Shown: positions 45,759 to 55,900, counted from the stretch's first letter. The stretch: 64,000 nucleotides of DNA from Anaerolineales bacterium (GCA_034436015.1 DAOTWG010000004.1:2566-66565), one strand, 5' to 3'. Numbers and translations are program-made. Notes: generated by a model not told the origin, from the sequence alone.

Positions 45759-46946
45759 ATGTTCGATACAATGTTGCAGGAGCAGGAAGCGGATAAGCCT
45801 CCCGATCCGCGCCCGCGTTCGGCGGGACCGTGGCGGGTGGCAGTATTAGCCAATGTCAAGGAAAGAGGCAAGCCTCTTCCGCCGGATGTTCCCCCTGACG
45901 CGGGCGCTGACTATGACTATATCGAAACCATCAACAGCATCCGGGCCGCCATCGAGAGCGATGGTCATCAGACGGTTTTTATTCCGGCTGATCGGGATTT
46001 ACCTTATGCCCTAAAGGAAGTCCGCCCGGATATTTGCTTTAACATTGCCGAAGGATTGGGGGGAGACGCTCGCGAGGCGCAAACGCCGGCCTTGCTGGAG
46101 ATGTTGCGCATCCCCTATACGGGCTCGCGCGTGCTAACCAACGCGATCGCACTGGACAAGACATTGACCAAACGCATCTGGCGCGATCGCCGTCTGCCGG
46201 TGGCGCCTTTTCAGGAATTTACGTTTGGCGATGAACCACTGCGGCCGGAACTGCGTTTTCCACTCTTCGTCAAGCCGGCGCGCGAAGGCACCGGCATGGG
46301 CGTGGATGCCAATGCCGTTGTGCACAACGAGGCAGAACTGCGAGAACGTGTGGCCTACCTCATCCGCGCCTATCAGCAACCGGCGCTGGTAGAAACGTTC
46401 CTGCCGGGGCGTGAATTTACCGTCGGCATTCTGGGACGCCCCGACGCACCGATGTATTCACGCCACCCGGAATGGTACGATGCGGACGGTTTCCATCGCT
46501 TCCCGGTGCTCGAGCTGGACAGCAGTGTCTCGGTAACGCCGGGAATCTACAGTCAGATGGCAAAATCACAAGAGATCGGTTCGGAAGGCGCGCCGCTCTA
46601 CCTCTGCCCTGCGCCCATTGACCCGGAATTGACTCGCAAGTTGCAATATCTGGCCTACCGCGCCCATGCGGTCCTCGGCGCGCTGGACGTTTCGCGTACC
46701 GACATCCGCCTCGACGCAGAAGGGCAACCGCGCTTGCTTGAGATCAACCCCTTGCCGGGCCTTACACCCGATTACTCCGATCTTTGCCTCATGGCCAAGG
46801 CGGAAGGCGTCGCTTATGAGGATCTGATTTTGGAGATTCTGTACCTTGGGGCCTCGCGCTGGGGATTGGTACCACCGCGCGAGGTTTTCCTCCCCCGGCG
46901 AAAACGCGCCCCTATGCCCCTGAGCATGATGCCGGTGATCCGTTAA
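45759..46946 (+). CDS. D-alanine--D-alanine ligase-family ATP-grasp protein
   Basis: ATG 45759 with GGAGG RBS. FNIAEGLGGDAREAQTPALLEMLRIPYTGS, ATP-grasp core FVKPAREGTGMGV, and EINPLPGL. Confidence 0.8.
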   Translation: MFDTMLQEQEADKPPDPRPRSAGPWRVAVLANVKERGKPLPPDVPPDAGADYDYIETINSIRAAIESDGHQTVFIPADRDLPYALKEVRPDICFNIAEGLGGDAREAQTPALLEMLRIPYTGSRVLTNAIALDKTLTKRIWRDRRLPVAPFQEFTFGDEPLRPELRFPLFVKPAREGTGMGVDANAVVHNEAELRERVAYLIRAYQQPALVETFLPGREFTVGILGRPDAPMYSRHPEWYDADGFHRFPVLELDSSVSVTPGIYSQMAKSQEIGSEGAPLYLCPAPIDPELTRKLQYLAYRAHAVLGALDVSRTDIRLDAEGQPRLLEINPLPGLTPDYSDLCLMAKAEGVAYEDLILEILYLGASRWGLVPPREVFLPRRKRAPMPLSMMPVIR

Positions 46947-46951
46947 GGCGA

Positions 46952-47833
46952 CTATCTCACGAGGCGGGAGAGCCAAATCTCCCGCCTTTTCTTTTCTCCC
47001 TGTGTAGCGGGAATGGCAATCAGAACAACGGTGATATTATCGCGTCCACCGCGCCGACAGGCTAGTTCTATCAAACGATCTGCCGCAGCGCGCAGAGAAA
47101 TCGGGGAGTTCCCCCGGCAAGCGGGAAACCGCAAAAGGCGCGCGAGCTCATCGTCTTCGACTTCGTCCGTAAGACCATCTGTACAGAGCAAGAGAATATC
47201 CGCCGGCGCCAATCGCATCCCTTGATTCAGGCATGCCTGCGTATCACTCTCGCGATCACGCATACGCAGACGCATATCCGCTTGAGGTGGCGCAGCCGAT
47301 CCCAAGTAACGACGAATGACATGATAGTTTGGATGCCGACGCGCAGAACGAGCGTCTAAAATGCCTTTCTCAACGGCCTCCTGAATCCAGGTATGATCCG
47401 TGGTCAGACGGTGCAATTGATCGCCGCGCAAGAGGTAAATCCGCGAATCGCCCACCCAGGCTGCGTACAAACGATTGCCAATAATCAGCACGCAGGCGCA
47501 TGTCGTGCCCATTCCTAGACGTTCCTCGCTACACGCTTGCACACTGATTTCCCGACCGGCAGCCTGAATCGCATAGTGCAACGTTTCCAGGGGTTGTTTG
47601 CCGTCACTGAGAGCAACGATATGACTGATGGTATTCACTGCGATCTCCGCGGCGACCTCCCCCGCGCGATGACCACCAATACCATCGGCTACAACCGCAA
47701 AGAGCGCCGGCGTGTGGTCGTCCACGCCAAGTCGGTACGCGGTCACAGCAAAACGATCCTCGTTTTGCTTATCAGTCAGCCCTGCATGAGACCGGGCAAC
47801 TACATGGAGATGGGAGCGAGGCAGACGTATCAT
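46952..47833 (-). CDS. PP2C-family Ser/Thr protein phosphatase
   Basis: NEDRF, VADGIGGHRAGEVAA, CTDGLTDEV and GGRDNITVVL motifs. The start overlaps the upstream FHA gene stop (ATGA). Confidence 0.9.
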   Translation of the reverse strand: MIRLPRSHLHVVARSHAGLTDKQNEDRFAVTAYRLGVDDHTPALFAVVADGIGGHRAGEVAAEIAVNTISHIVALSDGKQPLETLHYAIQAAGREISVQACSEERLGMGTTCACVLIIGNRLYAAWVGDSRIYLLRGDQLHRLTTDHTWIQEAVEKGILDARSARRHPNYHVIRRYLGSAAPPQADMRLRMRDRESDTQACLNQGMRLAPADILLLCTDGLTDEVEDDELARLLRFPACRGNSPISLRAAADRLIELACRRGGRDNITVVLIAIPATQGEKKRREIWLSRLVR

Positions 47834-49656
47834 GAGTCTATTGGAAAATGACGAGGATGCAGTTGGGGAAGAGGATGGCGTAGGGTAAAGCGGTAGATAT
47901 AACGGCCCAGATGGATCAAATCGCCATGCCGCAGCAAACAGGGATGCTCAATTTTCTCGAAGTTAACCCAAGTGCCGCTGACGGATTGTTCGTCTTGAAT
48001 GTAAAACGAATCGCCGCGCGGAAAAATCCGGGCGTGGCGCGGGGAAACCGACGGATCGTTCAATACAATCTCCGCCTTGACCGGGTCAGAGCCGAAGGTG
48101 ACTTCACCACCAAGAGGTATCGGCGTGGCAGTCATGGGCTGACCGTCCTCGTTCACGCGGACTAGTACAGCAGGAACGTGTCTCCATGACTTCCGAGCGG
48201 CCCGGCCGGGCTGACGCGCGGAAGATACCGGCTGAGTCAATACATCCGATGCCGCGCGCGGAGATCGGCGTCTCCGCAATTGACTTGGGCGAATGCCGCT
48301 CAGCGCGATGGTCAACACCAAACCGGCCACAAAAACCACAGCGCCAATGACCCACCCCAAATGTCTTCTTAGCCAACCGGCCGGCGGTTGGGCTACGATC
48401 ACGGTGACAGGCGTCGCCGCGCTGATTTGCGAGAGACCAAGCACGTCCATTGCTTCGACTTGAAGCAAATGCTGCGCAGTTGCCTCATAGCCACTCAAAT
48501 CCCAGGAAAACGTGTTCCACGGTTCCTCTGTGTTCTGATCCACTGCCTGTCCATCCACATATAAGACCGTACGAATCAACGGACGTGGATGACCATCCGG
48601 AAACTCTACGATAATCTCCAATTCCTGAAGGGAAGGCGTCAACAAAGACGGATCGCATTGTCCAACTTGTGGGCACTGTCGCACAATTTGGATAGGTGGC
48701 GAAACAAGAAAGGGATTGGGCGGTTGAACATTCAGGTTAAAGGACAGTGGGGCAGTAGTGTACACCTGTTCCTGGTGCAAGACGGTGATCGTCAGCGTAT
48801 GGCTGCCCGAAGCAGTAATGGCCGACGCATACTGAAGACGATAGGTGCGCCGCAGAGGCGCCAAGTAAGTTTCAGGATCGGGCAACGGCTCTTGCCCTGA
48901 AAAGGTAGCAAATTGCCCCCCTGTTTGCAACGCAAGGTCTTTCAACACAGTAGCGCGGCTTGTGGCAAAGTAGGCAGCCGACCCAGCAATCCAGACGTGG
49001 ACGCGAATATGGAGTGCGGAGGCCTGCCTGGCAAGATCTTGCAACACCACGCTCTCCTCTCTCGAAGATGGCACTGAAGTGACAAACAGAACAACTCGCT
49101 TCATCCCTGCCTGCGGAAGCGGATCGTTGGCAGCAGCCAGGGCGCGGGCCAGAACATCCAAGGTAGGGGCCAGCTGCTGCAAGGGCGGTTGGAACGAGAC
49201 GAGAAAGTCACGTAAGTCTTGCAACGTTTCCGGATGAGTGATAGCATGGTCGGCATTCGTGACCACAGAAATGTCATCCTGAGAAGCATCTTGCTGAATA
49301 ACCGCCCACTCTGTCAGCAAGGCGGCGATTTTTGCGTAGCGTGAAACGCCGTAGGCGTCGCGCCTGGCAAATTCGGGGCCAAGGTTGAGAGCGAGGACAA
49401 AACGCACGCCCGGTTGCAGCTCTGTCAGGGAAAGCACCGGGCGCGATAGTCCATCCTCATAGACAGTAAGTTGCTCTGCTTTCAAGCCAGGGAGGACATT
49501 GCCGTTCTCATCATATACGTCCAACCCGACTTGCATGGTCGGGAACGCATCGGTAGCAAAGTCGTAGACTTCCGCCCAACCGCCAGTAGCCGCGCGCGCA
49601 GGGAGAGCGCCAAGGAATAGCAGCAGGAAAAGGGGGAGAAAAAACGTCCTTCGCAT
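47830..49656 (-). CDS. single-pass transmembrane protein: extracytoplasmic vWA-like region, cytoplasmic FHA domain
   Basis: Signal peptide MRRTFFLPLFLLLFLGALPARA. TM helix GWVIGAVVFVAGLVLTIALSGI. C-terminal FHA domain FGSDPVKAEIVLNDPSVSPRHARIF..SVSGTWVN. The vWA assignment is weak, because no clear DxSxS MIDAS motif is present. Confidence 0.8.
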   Translation of the reverse strand: MRRTFFLPLFLLLFLGALPARAATGGWAEVYDFATDAFPTMQVGLDVYDENGNVLPGLKAEQLTVYEDGLSRPVLSLTELQPGVRFVLALNLGPEFARRDAYGVSRYAKIAALLTEWAVIQQDASQDDISVVTNADHAITHPETLQDLRDFLVSFQPPLQQLAPTLDVLARALAAANDPLPQAGMKRVVLFVTSVPSSREESVVLQDLARQASALHIRVHVWIAGSAAYFATSRATVLKDLALQTGGQFATFSGQEPLPDPETYLAPLRRTYRLQYASAITASGSHTLTITVLHQEQVYTTAPLSFNLNVQPPNPFLVSPPIQIVRQCPQVGQCDPSLLTPSLQELEIIVEFPDGHPRPLIRTVLYVDGQAVDQNTEEPWNTFSWDLSGYEATAQHLLQVEAMDVLGLSQISAATPVTVIVAQPPAGWLRRHLGWVIGAVVFVAGLVLTIALSGIRPSQLRRRRSPRAASDVLTQPVSSARQPGRAARKSWRHVPAVLVRVNEDGQPMTATPIPLGGEVTFGSDPVKAEIVLNDPSVSPRHARIFPRGDSFYIQDEQSVSGTWVNFEKIEHPCLLRHGDLIHLGRYIYRFTLRHPLPQLHPRHFPIDS

Positions 49657-49665
49657 GAAACGCAG

Positions 49666-50400
49666 CTATATTAATCCTGGCACGTTCTCTTGTTCCTGCA
49701 AAGGTCTTGTAAAGTTGATCGTGTACGTCCACACCCCGCCCGCATGCCGGAGAAAGTGAAAGCCCGCCGACATCGCACGACGACGAGTTTCCCACGGGAA
49801 AGGGTAGTCAGGGTCAATGAATTCTTCGGTAATCGATAGCACACCGCCAGGGTGGAGCACGCGGTATAATTCACGGAAAGCGCGGCTTTTTCCTCGGACT
49901 TCGGCCATAACGCTGATGGCGAACGCGCGATCGAAGCAACGATGGGCCAGCGGCAGGAATTCCGCGTCGGCTACCAGGATTCTTACATTCGCCAGGCCGG
50001 CGTTTTGTACTCGCCGCGCCAGTTGACGAGCCATATCGAGTTGGATGTCAACAGCAAGAACCAATCCCTGCGCCCCAACGCGGTAAGCAGCCTGTTCGGT
50101 AAAAACGCCCACTCCCGGTCCAAGCTCCAGCACTCGTTCGCCGGCTTGAAATCCAATGCGATCTGGCGTCTTGCGTAAATAGCAGCGACGAAACGGGCTA
50201 TTCAACACCCAGCCCAACGAAGCCGGGCAGGGCGCGGCAAAATGGACGAGATCGGCAATACGGGCTACGATTTTCATTCCTACGAGCCAGAGAAAGGTCA
50301 GCCCGAGTAGCAAGACGACGAGAAGACGCCATAGCATATAGTAAATTGTAGCATACTCAAGAGGCAATCGCGAGAAGCGTCCCGCAGGATTGATCCACAT
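49666..50400 (-). CDS. class I SAM-dependent methyltransferase with N-terminal TM helix
   Basis: VLELGPGVGVF motif I and HPGGVL. The start may be the internal Met at 50337. Confidence 0.8.
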   Translation of the reverse strand: MWINPAGRFSRLPLEYATIYYMLWRLLVVLLLGLTFLWLVGMKIVARIADLVHFAAPCPASLGWVLNSPFRRCYLRKTPDRIGFQAGERVLELGPGVGVFTEQAAYRVGAQGLVLAVDIQLDMARQLARRVQNAGLANVRILVADAEFLPLAHRCFDRAFAISVMAEVRGKSRAFRELYRVLHPGGVLSITEEFIDPDYPFPWETRRRAMSAGFHFLRHAGGVWTYTINFTRPLQEQENVPGLI

Positions 50401-50468
50401 CGCCTTCGGCGGCGAAAGGAAGGAATGTCACCCTAAAAGGCGCACGTGCGGCAAGGAGAGCAAATAAG

Positions 50469-50996
50469 GTGAAAACCGTCTTGCATGTGACTATTGGCGT
50501 TCTGATAGGGCTATTGGCAGCAGGTTTGCTCCGGTTGGCTTCCGCGCCTGCACCTGGGCAACCGATCACTTTATTGTCAACGCCGACGCCCTCACCAATC
50601 AAAGTTTACGTAACGGGGGCGGTGGTCTCTCCAGGCGTATATACCCTTATGCCGGGCAGCCGAGTGGAGGACGCCGTAGAAGCCGCCGGCGGCTTCATGC
50701 CAGACGCAGCCAGCGAGCAAGTCAACCTGGCATCGTTGCTCTGGGATGGAGCGCAGATTCACATTCCTCACATTGCAGCAAGCTCGCGCGTCGGTAGTGG
50801 GCGTATCAACATAAACACGGCCAGCGCCGAGGAACTAGCGACGCTGCCAGGAATTGGGCCAACGACAGCGCAGAAGATCGTGGAATACCGTCTCCAGCAC
50901 GGGCCGTTCCGTACAATTCAAGATATTCAGAACGTGCCGGGCATTGGACCGGTCACATTCGCTAAGATTCAAGACTACATCACCGTGGGGCCATGA
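50469..50996 (+). CDS. comEA: ComEA-family helix-hairpin-helix DNA-binding protein
   Basis: N-terminal TM helix, SLBB-like middle, and C-terminal INTASAEELATLPGIGPTTAQKIVEYR..GPF (HhH)2. Confidence 0.88.
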   Translation: MKTVLHVTIGVLIGLLAAGLLRLASAPAPGQPITLLSTPTPSPIKVYVTGAVVSPGVYTLMPGSRVEDAVEAAGGFMPDAASEQVNLASLLWDGAQIHIPHIAASSRVGSGRININTASAEELATLPGIGPTTAQKIVEYRLQHGPFRTIQDIQNVPGIGPVTFAKIQDYITVGP

Positions 50997-51556
50997 TGAT
51001 TGACCACTTTGGCCTGCTGGCGCCGTTCTACGATTCCCTGTTCACCCGTAAAACAGATGCCTTCCTGTTGGAATTGGCGAACCTCCCAGAAAAGGGATGC
51101 ATCCTTGACGCTGGAGGTGGCACAGGGCGGATCACCCAATCGCTCGTGAAAGAGGGGAGACAAATCATCATCGCCGATTCCTCGTTCGCCATGTTACGGC
51201 AAGCGGTCAAAAAGAGATTATCGGCAATCCATGCCTACACCGAATGCTTGCCCTTTGACGATGAGGTGTTCGACCGCATCTTGGTTGTGGACGTCCTCCA
51301 TCACGTCTACAACCAAAAGCAGACCGCCGGCGAACTCTGGCGCGTCTTGCGCCCAGGAGGACGTGTTGTTATCCTGGAACCAGATATAGAACACCCGGCC
51401 GTATGGGCATTGGCCTTGTTCGAAAAACTAGCCCTAATGCGCAGCCATTTCCTGCGACTCCCACAGGTTCTTGCGCTTTTTCCGGCGGTTGGCGCAAACA
51501 AGAGCGGAAGAACATACCGCTACAACTTTGGTGTGGTTATCGAAAAAGTCAGGTGA
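50993..51556 (+). CDS. class I SAM-dependent methyltransferase (Methyltransf_11-like)
   Basis: ATGA overlap with comEA. ILDAGGGTGR motif I. VLRPGGRVVILE. Confidence 0.85.
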   Translation: MMIDHFGLLAPFYDSLFTRKTDAFLLELANLPEKGCILDAGGGTGRITQSLVKEGRQIIIADSSFAMLRQAVKKRLSAIHAYTECLPFDDEVFDRILVVDVLHHVYNQKQTAGELWRVLRPGGRVVILEPDIEHPAVWALALFEKLALMRSHFLRLPQVLALFPAVGANKSGRTYRYNFGVVIEKVR

Positions 51557-51562
51557 AAACCG

Positions 51563-51591
51563 TTGCACATTTCTGTTGATTTTGCTACAAT
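51563..51591 (+). promoter_or_regulatory. promoter candidate
   Basis: TTGCAC (51563-51568), 17-nt spacer, TACAAT (51586-51591). Confidence 0.45.
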
Positions 51592-51654
51592 GGATTTCAA
51601 GCATCTAAGGCTCTTACATTTGAACATTCTTCACAATTCTTATAAGGAGGACAA

Positions 51655-51891
51655 ATGGACGAGAAACTCAAAAAAGCACGCAGATTCGGCCTCTGGTTGG
51701 TTGTGCTCTTTGCCGTCGTCTTCGCAGTCGTGACAGCCATCATGTACATGATGGTACAGCCGCTGACCGGCGGCGCTGGAATCGCTGCGATTGGGCAAGC
51801 TCTGGCCCAAAGTTGGTTCATTTACCTCATCACGGCAGTTATCCTGCTAGCCGCCTACTTCATATACCGCGCCATTGCGCTGAAGAAGTAG
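51655..51891 (+). CDS. small two-TM membrane protein
   Basis: 78 aa. RBS AAGGAGG. Two hydrophobic helices. Flanked by the promoter candidate and a terminator. Confidence 0.65.
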   Translation: MDEKLKKARRFGLWLVVLFAVVFAVVTAIMYMMVQPLTGGAGIAAIGQALAQSWFIYLITAVILLAAYFIYRAIALKK

Positions 51892-51895
51892 GACT

Positions 51896-51918
51896 CCGGT
51901 TTATCGCAAAACCGGTTT
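51896..51918 (+). terminator. intrinsic terminator
   Basis: CCGGTTT / AAACCGG stem, loop ATCGC, followed by TTTT. A second CCCCGG/CCGGGG hairpin with a T-run follows about 30 nt later. Confidence 0.6.
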
Positions 51919-51982
51919 TCCCACCCCGCCCCGGCTCTTAACCCCCCGGTTACCGGGGCATCTATTTTTTAATCGCTGCCGC

Positions 51983-52222
51983 TCAGGATTCTTGTGGTTC
52001 ATTCTCCCAGAACGTTTGGAGCAATTTCCTCGCCTGAGACAGTTTCTGACGCGGAACGAAGACCTCTACCTGCCCCAGACCGCCAATAGTAACCGGGTAG
52101 ACCCAATGACCAACGCCCTCCTGGAACAGTGCTACTTCTACACCGTGCGCCTCCAGATAACTTGCGAGCCAATCGGCGTGCAAGCGGCCCTGCACCTCTG
52201 TCAGCTTTGCCCAGGAAGTCAT
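51983..52222 (-). CDS. DUF2007-like small protein
   Basis: 79 aa. The pattern L..V....eA..l...L...GV...l resembles DUF2007 (putative signal-transducing protein). Weak call. Confidence 0.55.
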   Translation of the reverse strand: MTSWAKLTEVQGRLHADWLASYLEAHGVEVALFQEGVGHWVYPVTIGGLGQVEVFVPRQKLSQARKLLQTFWENEPQES

Positions 52223-52236
52223 AGGTCATCTCCAGA

Positions 52237-52267
52237 CGAAAAGAAAGAGCAATGCGAACATCGCATT
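52237..52267 (-). terminator. intrinsic terminator downstream of dinG
   Basis: AATGCGA / TCGCATT 7-bp stem with a 3-nt loop. On the minus strand it is followed by GCTCTTTCTTTTC. Confidence 0.4.
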
Positions 52268-52383
52268 CTTTTTGCGGCATATAGGCAACAAGCCGTGGGC
52301 CGAGCAAGAAAGCCTAGTTGCCGTGATCTTGGGCAAAAACCCACGGGCGCTCGAAAAAGACGATACCTCCGTGCCATGGGCGT

Positions 52384-55179
52384 TCACCCTAGGTTCAACC
52401 ATCTGGCAGCAAGACGAGGCAAGTCAGCCAGCGAACCGATTCGAGTCGTACACGGCGGCAGTGATTCAAGGAACAGGCGTCCGTACGCTTTTGTCAACAC
52501 GCGGCGGTCGAGAATGGTCACCACACCGCGATCAGACTGGGTGCGAATCAGGCGCCCAAACCCCTGACGAAAACGCAAGATTGCCTCCGGTAAATGGTAC
52601 TCCTGAAAAGGGTCTTCAAACATTTCCGAACGCGCCGCCACCAATGGATCCGATGGAACAGCAAAAGGCAGCTTGACAATGACCAGCACGGATAAGGCCT
52701 CTCCAGGCACGTCCACGCCTTCCCAAAAAGAACGGGCGCCCAACAAGACGGCGCGTTCTGTGCTCTTGAATGTCTCAAGCAGGGTGTTCGGTGAAGCGCC
52801 TTCGCCTTGCTCGTAAACGATGATGCCGGCCCGTGCCAGAGGGGCCGTGATCGCGCGCGAGGTGCGCTTCAGTTGCGCGTACGAGGTAAAGAGGGCCAAC
52901 GTACGCCCGCCGCTTGCACGACACAGCTGGACAAGCGCCCGTTCCACCTGATACTGGTACTCCGATGTGTGCGGCTCGGCAATATCATTCACAATGTAAA
53001 GCAGGGCGGCATTCTCATAGTCGAACGGCGAACCAAGAGCCAGTTCCTCCGCCTCATCTGCACACAGACTGTTGCGCAGGTAATCGAACGCCCCGTTTGT
53101 AGTCAGCGTGGCGGAGGTCAAGATAACACTAGATTTTTCATGCCAGAGGTACTTTTCCACGAAGGGGCCCACGCGCACCGGAGCCGCGTTCAAAGCCACA
53201 TGTCCATCGTTCGCGCCGATTTCCACCCAATAAACATAATCCTTATGAGGGGTGCTCATCAGCGCATGGAGCATATTGCGGGCATCCAGCAGGCGTCGGT
53301 AGATGCTCCCCAAATCGCCGATGATACCCTCCATCTCTTCCACACCGGCAGCATACATATCGCCGGCATCTTGCTGAATTTCGCCGAGTAAAGCAACCAG
53401 CAAGGACAGCGTCTCTTCGCCGGCATCCCAGGCGATTTCGACCTCATCCCAACCGGGCAGGGTACGCGTGGACGGCAAAACACGTTGTTGATAGGCATAG
53501 AGGCTGTCTGGCTGCCCCTCGCGTTGCAATGCCAAGAAATTGGCCAGGGTCTCGAAGTAAACGCGCATTTGTTCCTGCAACCGCCAGGCCAGGTTTGCAG
53601 CGCGTTCTACTTTTTGTTGGAGGACAGCGTAATCCGAGGGGCGAATCTGATTCCGGGCCATCTGAAGCAGGTCGCCAAGAACATAGCCAGAAGCGGTGCT
53701 GACTTCGCGCAGGAGGCATTCCAAATCTCTCTGCGTCAGGCGCAGGCTCATAGCATCCGTGGTAGCCGATTCTAAATGATGCGCCTCGTCCACGATCAGA
53801 TAGTCGTACTCCGGCAGGACACGGTTGCCGGTGGCAGCATCGGTCAGAAGCAAGGCGTGATTGACAACCAGGAGGTGAGCATCTTCCGCAGCCTGACGGG
53901 CCAGAAAGAAGGGACAACCCCCTTCCTGACGTTCGATGCAGACATCAGGAGAACAATTCTCATCTTCCGCAGAAAGACGCGTCCATACCTCGCGTTCAGC
54001 CGGGCCGTTGAGATTGATCTCGGCGCGATCGCCGCTCGCGCCGCAGTAAAGCCAGACTAGAATCTTCCCCAGGACGCGCATCTCTTCGGCATTACGCGGG
54101 CCATGTTTGCGAAGCATGTCCAGCCGACGCGGGCAGATGTAGTTCGAGCGGCCTTTCAATACCGCCGCGCGCAGGTCGAGGCCGAGCGCCGCGCGCAAGT
54201 CGGGAATGTCCTTTTGAATCAGTTGATCCTGGAGATTGATGGTGTTCGTCGAAATAACGACGCGCGTATGATTCTGCAGAGCAAACAAGGCAGCCGGTAC
54301 AAGGTAGGCAAACGACTTGCCCACGCCCGTCCCGGCTTCGACCAGCAAATGCTGACGCCGCGAAAGCGCCGTCGCCGCCGCGCGCAACATGGCAATTTGC
54401 TCGGGGCGGTGTTCATAGTTGGCAAAATAAGCAGCAAATGGTCCTCCGTATTCGAGCAATGAGACTGTTTCCTCCACATCCAGGGGTATCGGGTCGTCGG
54501 GAATGCGCAGCGGAGGGCCTTTAGGTTTCTCCGAGGGGAAGCGGAAAAAGTGCGCGCTACGCCGATCGCCCTTTCCACGAACGCGCTCATTCTGGCGCGC
54601 CCGCAGGATTTGCTGAAACGGCCAGGCTCCGTTCCATTCGATTGGATCGCTATGATCCACGATTTCGGCAATCAATTCGAGCGGCAACTGCCTGGCCTCC
54701 TCGTACAAACGGAGAAAAATGCCGTGTGTTACGCGTGCATCCTCCAGAGCGCGATGCGTGGCAGGCAAAGGAACCCCCAACGCCCGCCCAAGCGCGCCCA
54801 GATTGTAACGTCCGGCAGTCGGGAGAAGCACAGAAGCCATCTCATAGGTGTCGATGTGCTCGTTGAGCTCAAAGAGGCCATATTTGCTGAAAAAGCCCAA
54901 GTCAAAGCGGATATTGTGACCGAGAATGGGGGAATCGCCGACGAAATCGGCTAACTCTTGCAATATCTCCTTCAGACGCGGCGCCTGACGCGCCATTTCA
55001 TCGCTTATGCCGGTCAGGGCTGTGATGAATTCGGGGATGCGGCGGCCAGGGTTGACAAGCGTCGTCCACTCGTCCTCAACGCGGCGGCCATTGAATCGCC
55101 GCGCCCCGATTTCGATAATCGCATCCGACTGCGGATCCAGACCGGTCGTTTCCACATCCAGCGCAACAATGGAGGTCAT
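52384..55179 (-). CDS. dinG: DinG-family helicase with N-terminal DnaQ-like 3'-5' exonuclease domain
   Basis: 931 aa. Exonuclease motifs IVALDVETTGLD, HNIRFDLGFF and HRALEDA. Helicase Walker A AGTGVGKSF, DEAH box (VDEAHHL), and an Fe-S Cys cluster region. Confidence 0.92.
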   Translation of the reverse strand: MTSIVALDVETTGLDPQSDAIIEIGARRFNGRRVEDEWTTLVNPGRRIPEFITALTGISDEMARQAPRLKEILQELADFVGDSPILGHNIRFDLGFFSKYGLFELNEHIDTYEMASVLLPTAGRYNLGALGRALGVPLPATHRALEDARVTHGIFLRLYEEARQLPLELIAEIVDHSDPIEWNGAWPFQQILRARQNERVRGKGDRRSAHFFRFPSEKPKGPPLRIPDDPIPLDVEETVSLLEYGGPFAAYFANYEHRPEQIAMLRAAATALSRRQHLLVEAGTGVGKSFAYLVPAALFALQNHTRVVISTNTINLQDQLIQKDIPDLRAALGLDLRAAVLKGRSNYICPRRLDMLRKHGPRNAEEMRVLGKILVWLYCGASGDRAEINLNGPAEREVWTRLSAEDENCSPDVCIERQEGGCPFFLARQAAEDAHLLVVNHALLLTDAATGNRVLPEYDYLIVDEAHHLESATTDAMSLRLTQRDLECLLREVSTASGYVLGDLLQMARNQIRPSDYAVLQQKVERAANLAWRLQEQMRVYFETLANFLALQREGQPDSLYAYQQRVLPSTRTLPGWDEVEIAWDAGEETLSLLVALLGEIQQDAGDMYAAGVEEMEGIIGDLGSIYRRLLDARNMLHALMSTPHKDYVYWVEIGANDGHVALNAAPVRVGPFVEKYLWHEKSSVILTSATLTTNGAFDYLRNSLCADEAEELALGSPFDYENAALLYIVNDIAEPHTSEYQYQVERALVQLCRASGGRTLALFTSYAQLKRTSRAITAPLARAGIIVYEQGEGASPNTLLETFKSTERAVLLGARSFWEGVDVPGEALSVLVIVKLPFAVPSDPLVAARSEMFEDPFQEYHLPEAILRFRQGFGRLIRTQSDRGVVTILDRRVLTKAYGRLFLESLPPCTTRIGSLADLPRLAARWLNLG

Positions 55180-55880
55180 GTCTCTCGCGTTCCCTCAGGC
55201 AGCACAGAACGAATCGTTTCCAACATCGTCGAAGGGATGGGTTTCTCCTTTGCCCGTTTCCGCAGGAAATCTTTTAGATCCCTAGCAAGAAGAACGGGGA
55301 AAGGCGCATCCTGCACCTCCACGCGCGCCGCTGGATGGTAAAAGACAAGCGCCGCCTGTATCGGCACTTCTATCCCATTCAACGCTCGGCGAAAGAAGCG
55401 CCGGGTCAAGTCTATTTCGCTGCGCGCCTCGAGATCAGGCCGACCTATGCTACCCTGACCAAAGAAGCGCAGATACGCCGCGAGAAAGCCTCCGCCCCCT
55501 TGACGATAACGTCCCCGCGACCAGGTCACAACACCGGCAGAGGGATAGGGAAGCAACACCCAGACCCCCGCCGGGCCGACCAACAAATGGGAGGCCGGGG
55601 TGAGATAATGATACATAGAGTATTCCCGTCCAAGTCCCTTGAGACTCTTATCCAGAACCTGATCGGGACGCGGGGAACGCCCCCAACGGCTGCCAAAATA
55701 CACCCCAATCTGGGTAAGCAGCAAGGAAACAACCATCAGGAACAAGGTGTACACAAACAGCTCGATGTAGCGGAAGGCCAGGTACGTCGCTATGCCCATC
55801 ACAACGAGAGCGGCCAGGGTGGTAATTCGGCCAATACGGGCATTGCGCTTGACAAGGCGATGATTGATCACGATCTTCAT
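55176..55880 (-). CDS. membrane protein with NERD-like domain
   Basis: The stop overlaps the dinG start (ATGA). Two N-terminal TM helices. The HLLVGPAGVWVLLPYPSAG block is paralogous to LILIGPTGIYVLYVTPLRG of the 6598 gene. Confidence 0.6.
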   Translation of the reverse strand: MKIVINHRLVKRNARIGRITTLAALVVMGIATYLAFRYIELFVYTLFLMVVSLLLTQIGVYFGSRWGRSPRPDQVLDKSLKGLGREYSMYHYLTPASHLLVGPAGVWVLLPYPSAGVVTWSRGRYRQGGGGFLAAYLRFFGQGSIGRPDLEARSEIDLTRRFFRRALNGIEVPIQAALVFYHPAARVEVQDAPFPVLLARDLKDFLRKRAKEKPIPSTMLETIRSVLPEGTRET

Positions 55881-55900
55881 GTTCTCTCCTCAGGATGGAA

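Noticed and set aside
52384-55880. DinG plus NERD as an anti-phage defence system
   Set aside because: The DinG is the housekeeping exonuclease-helicase fusion type, with the same length and layout as Bacillus DinG. It sits in an operon with plsX. The NERD-like domain lacks catalytic residues, and there are no other defence or mobile-element genes nearby.
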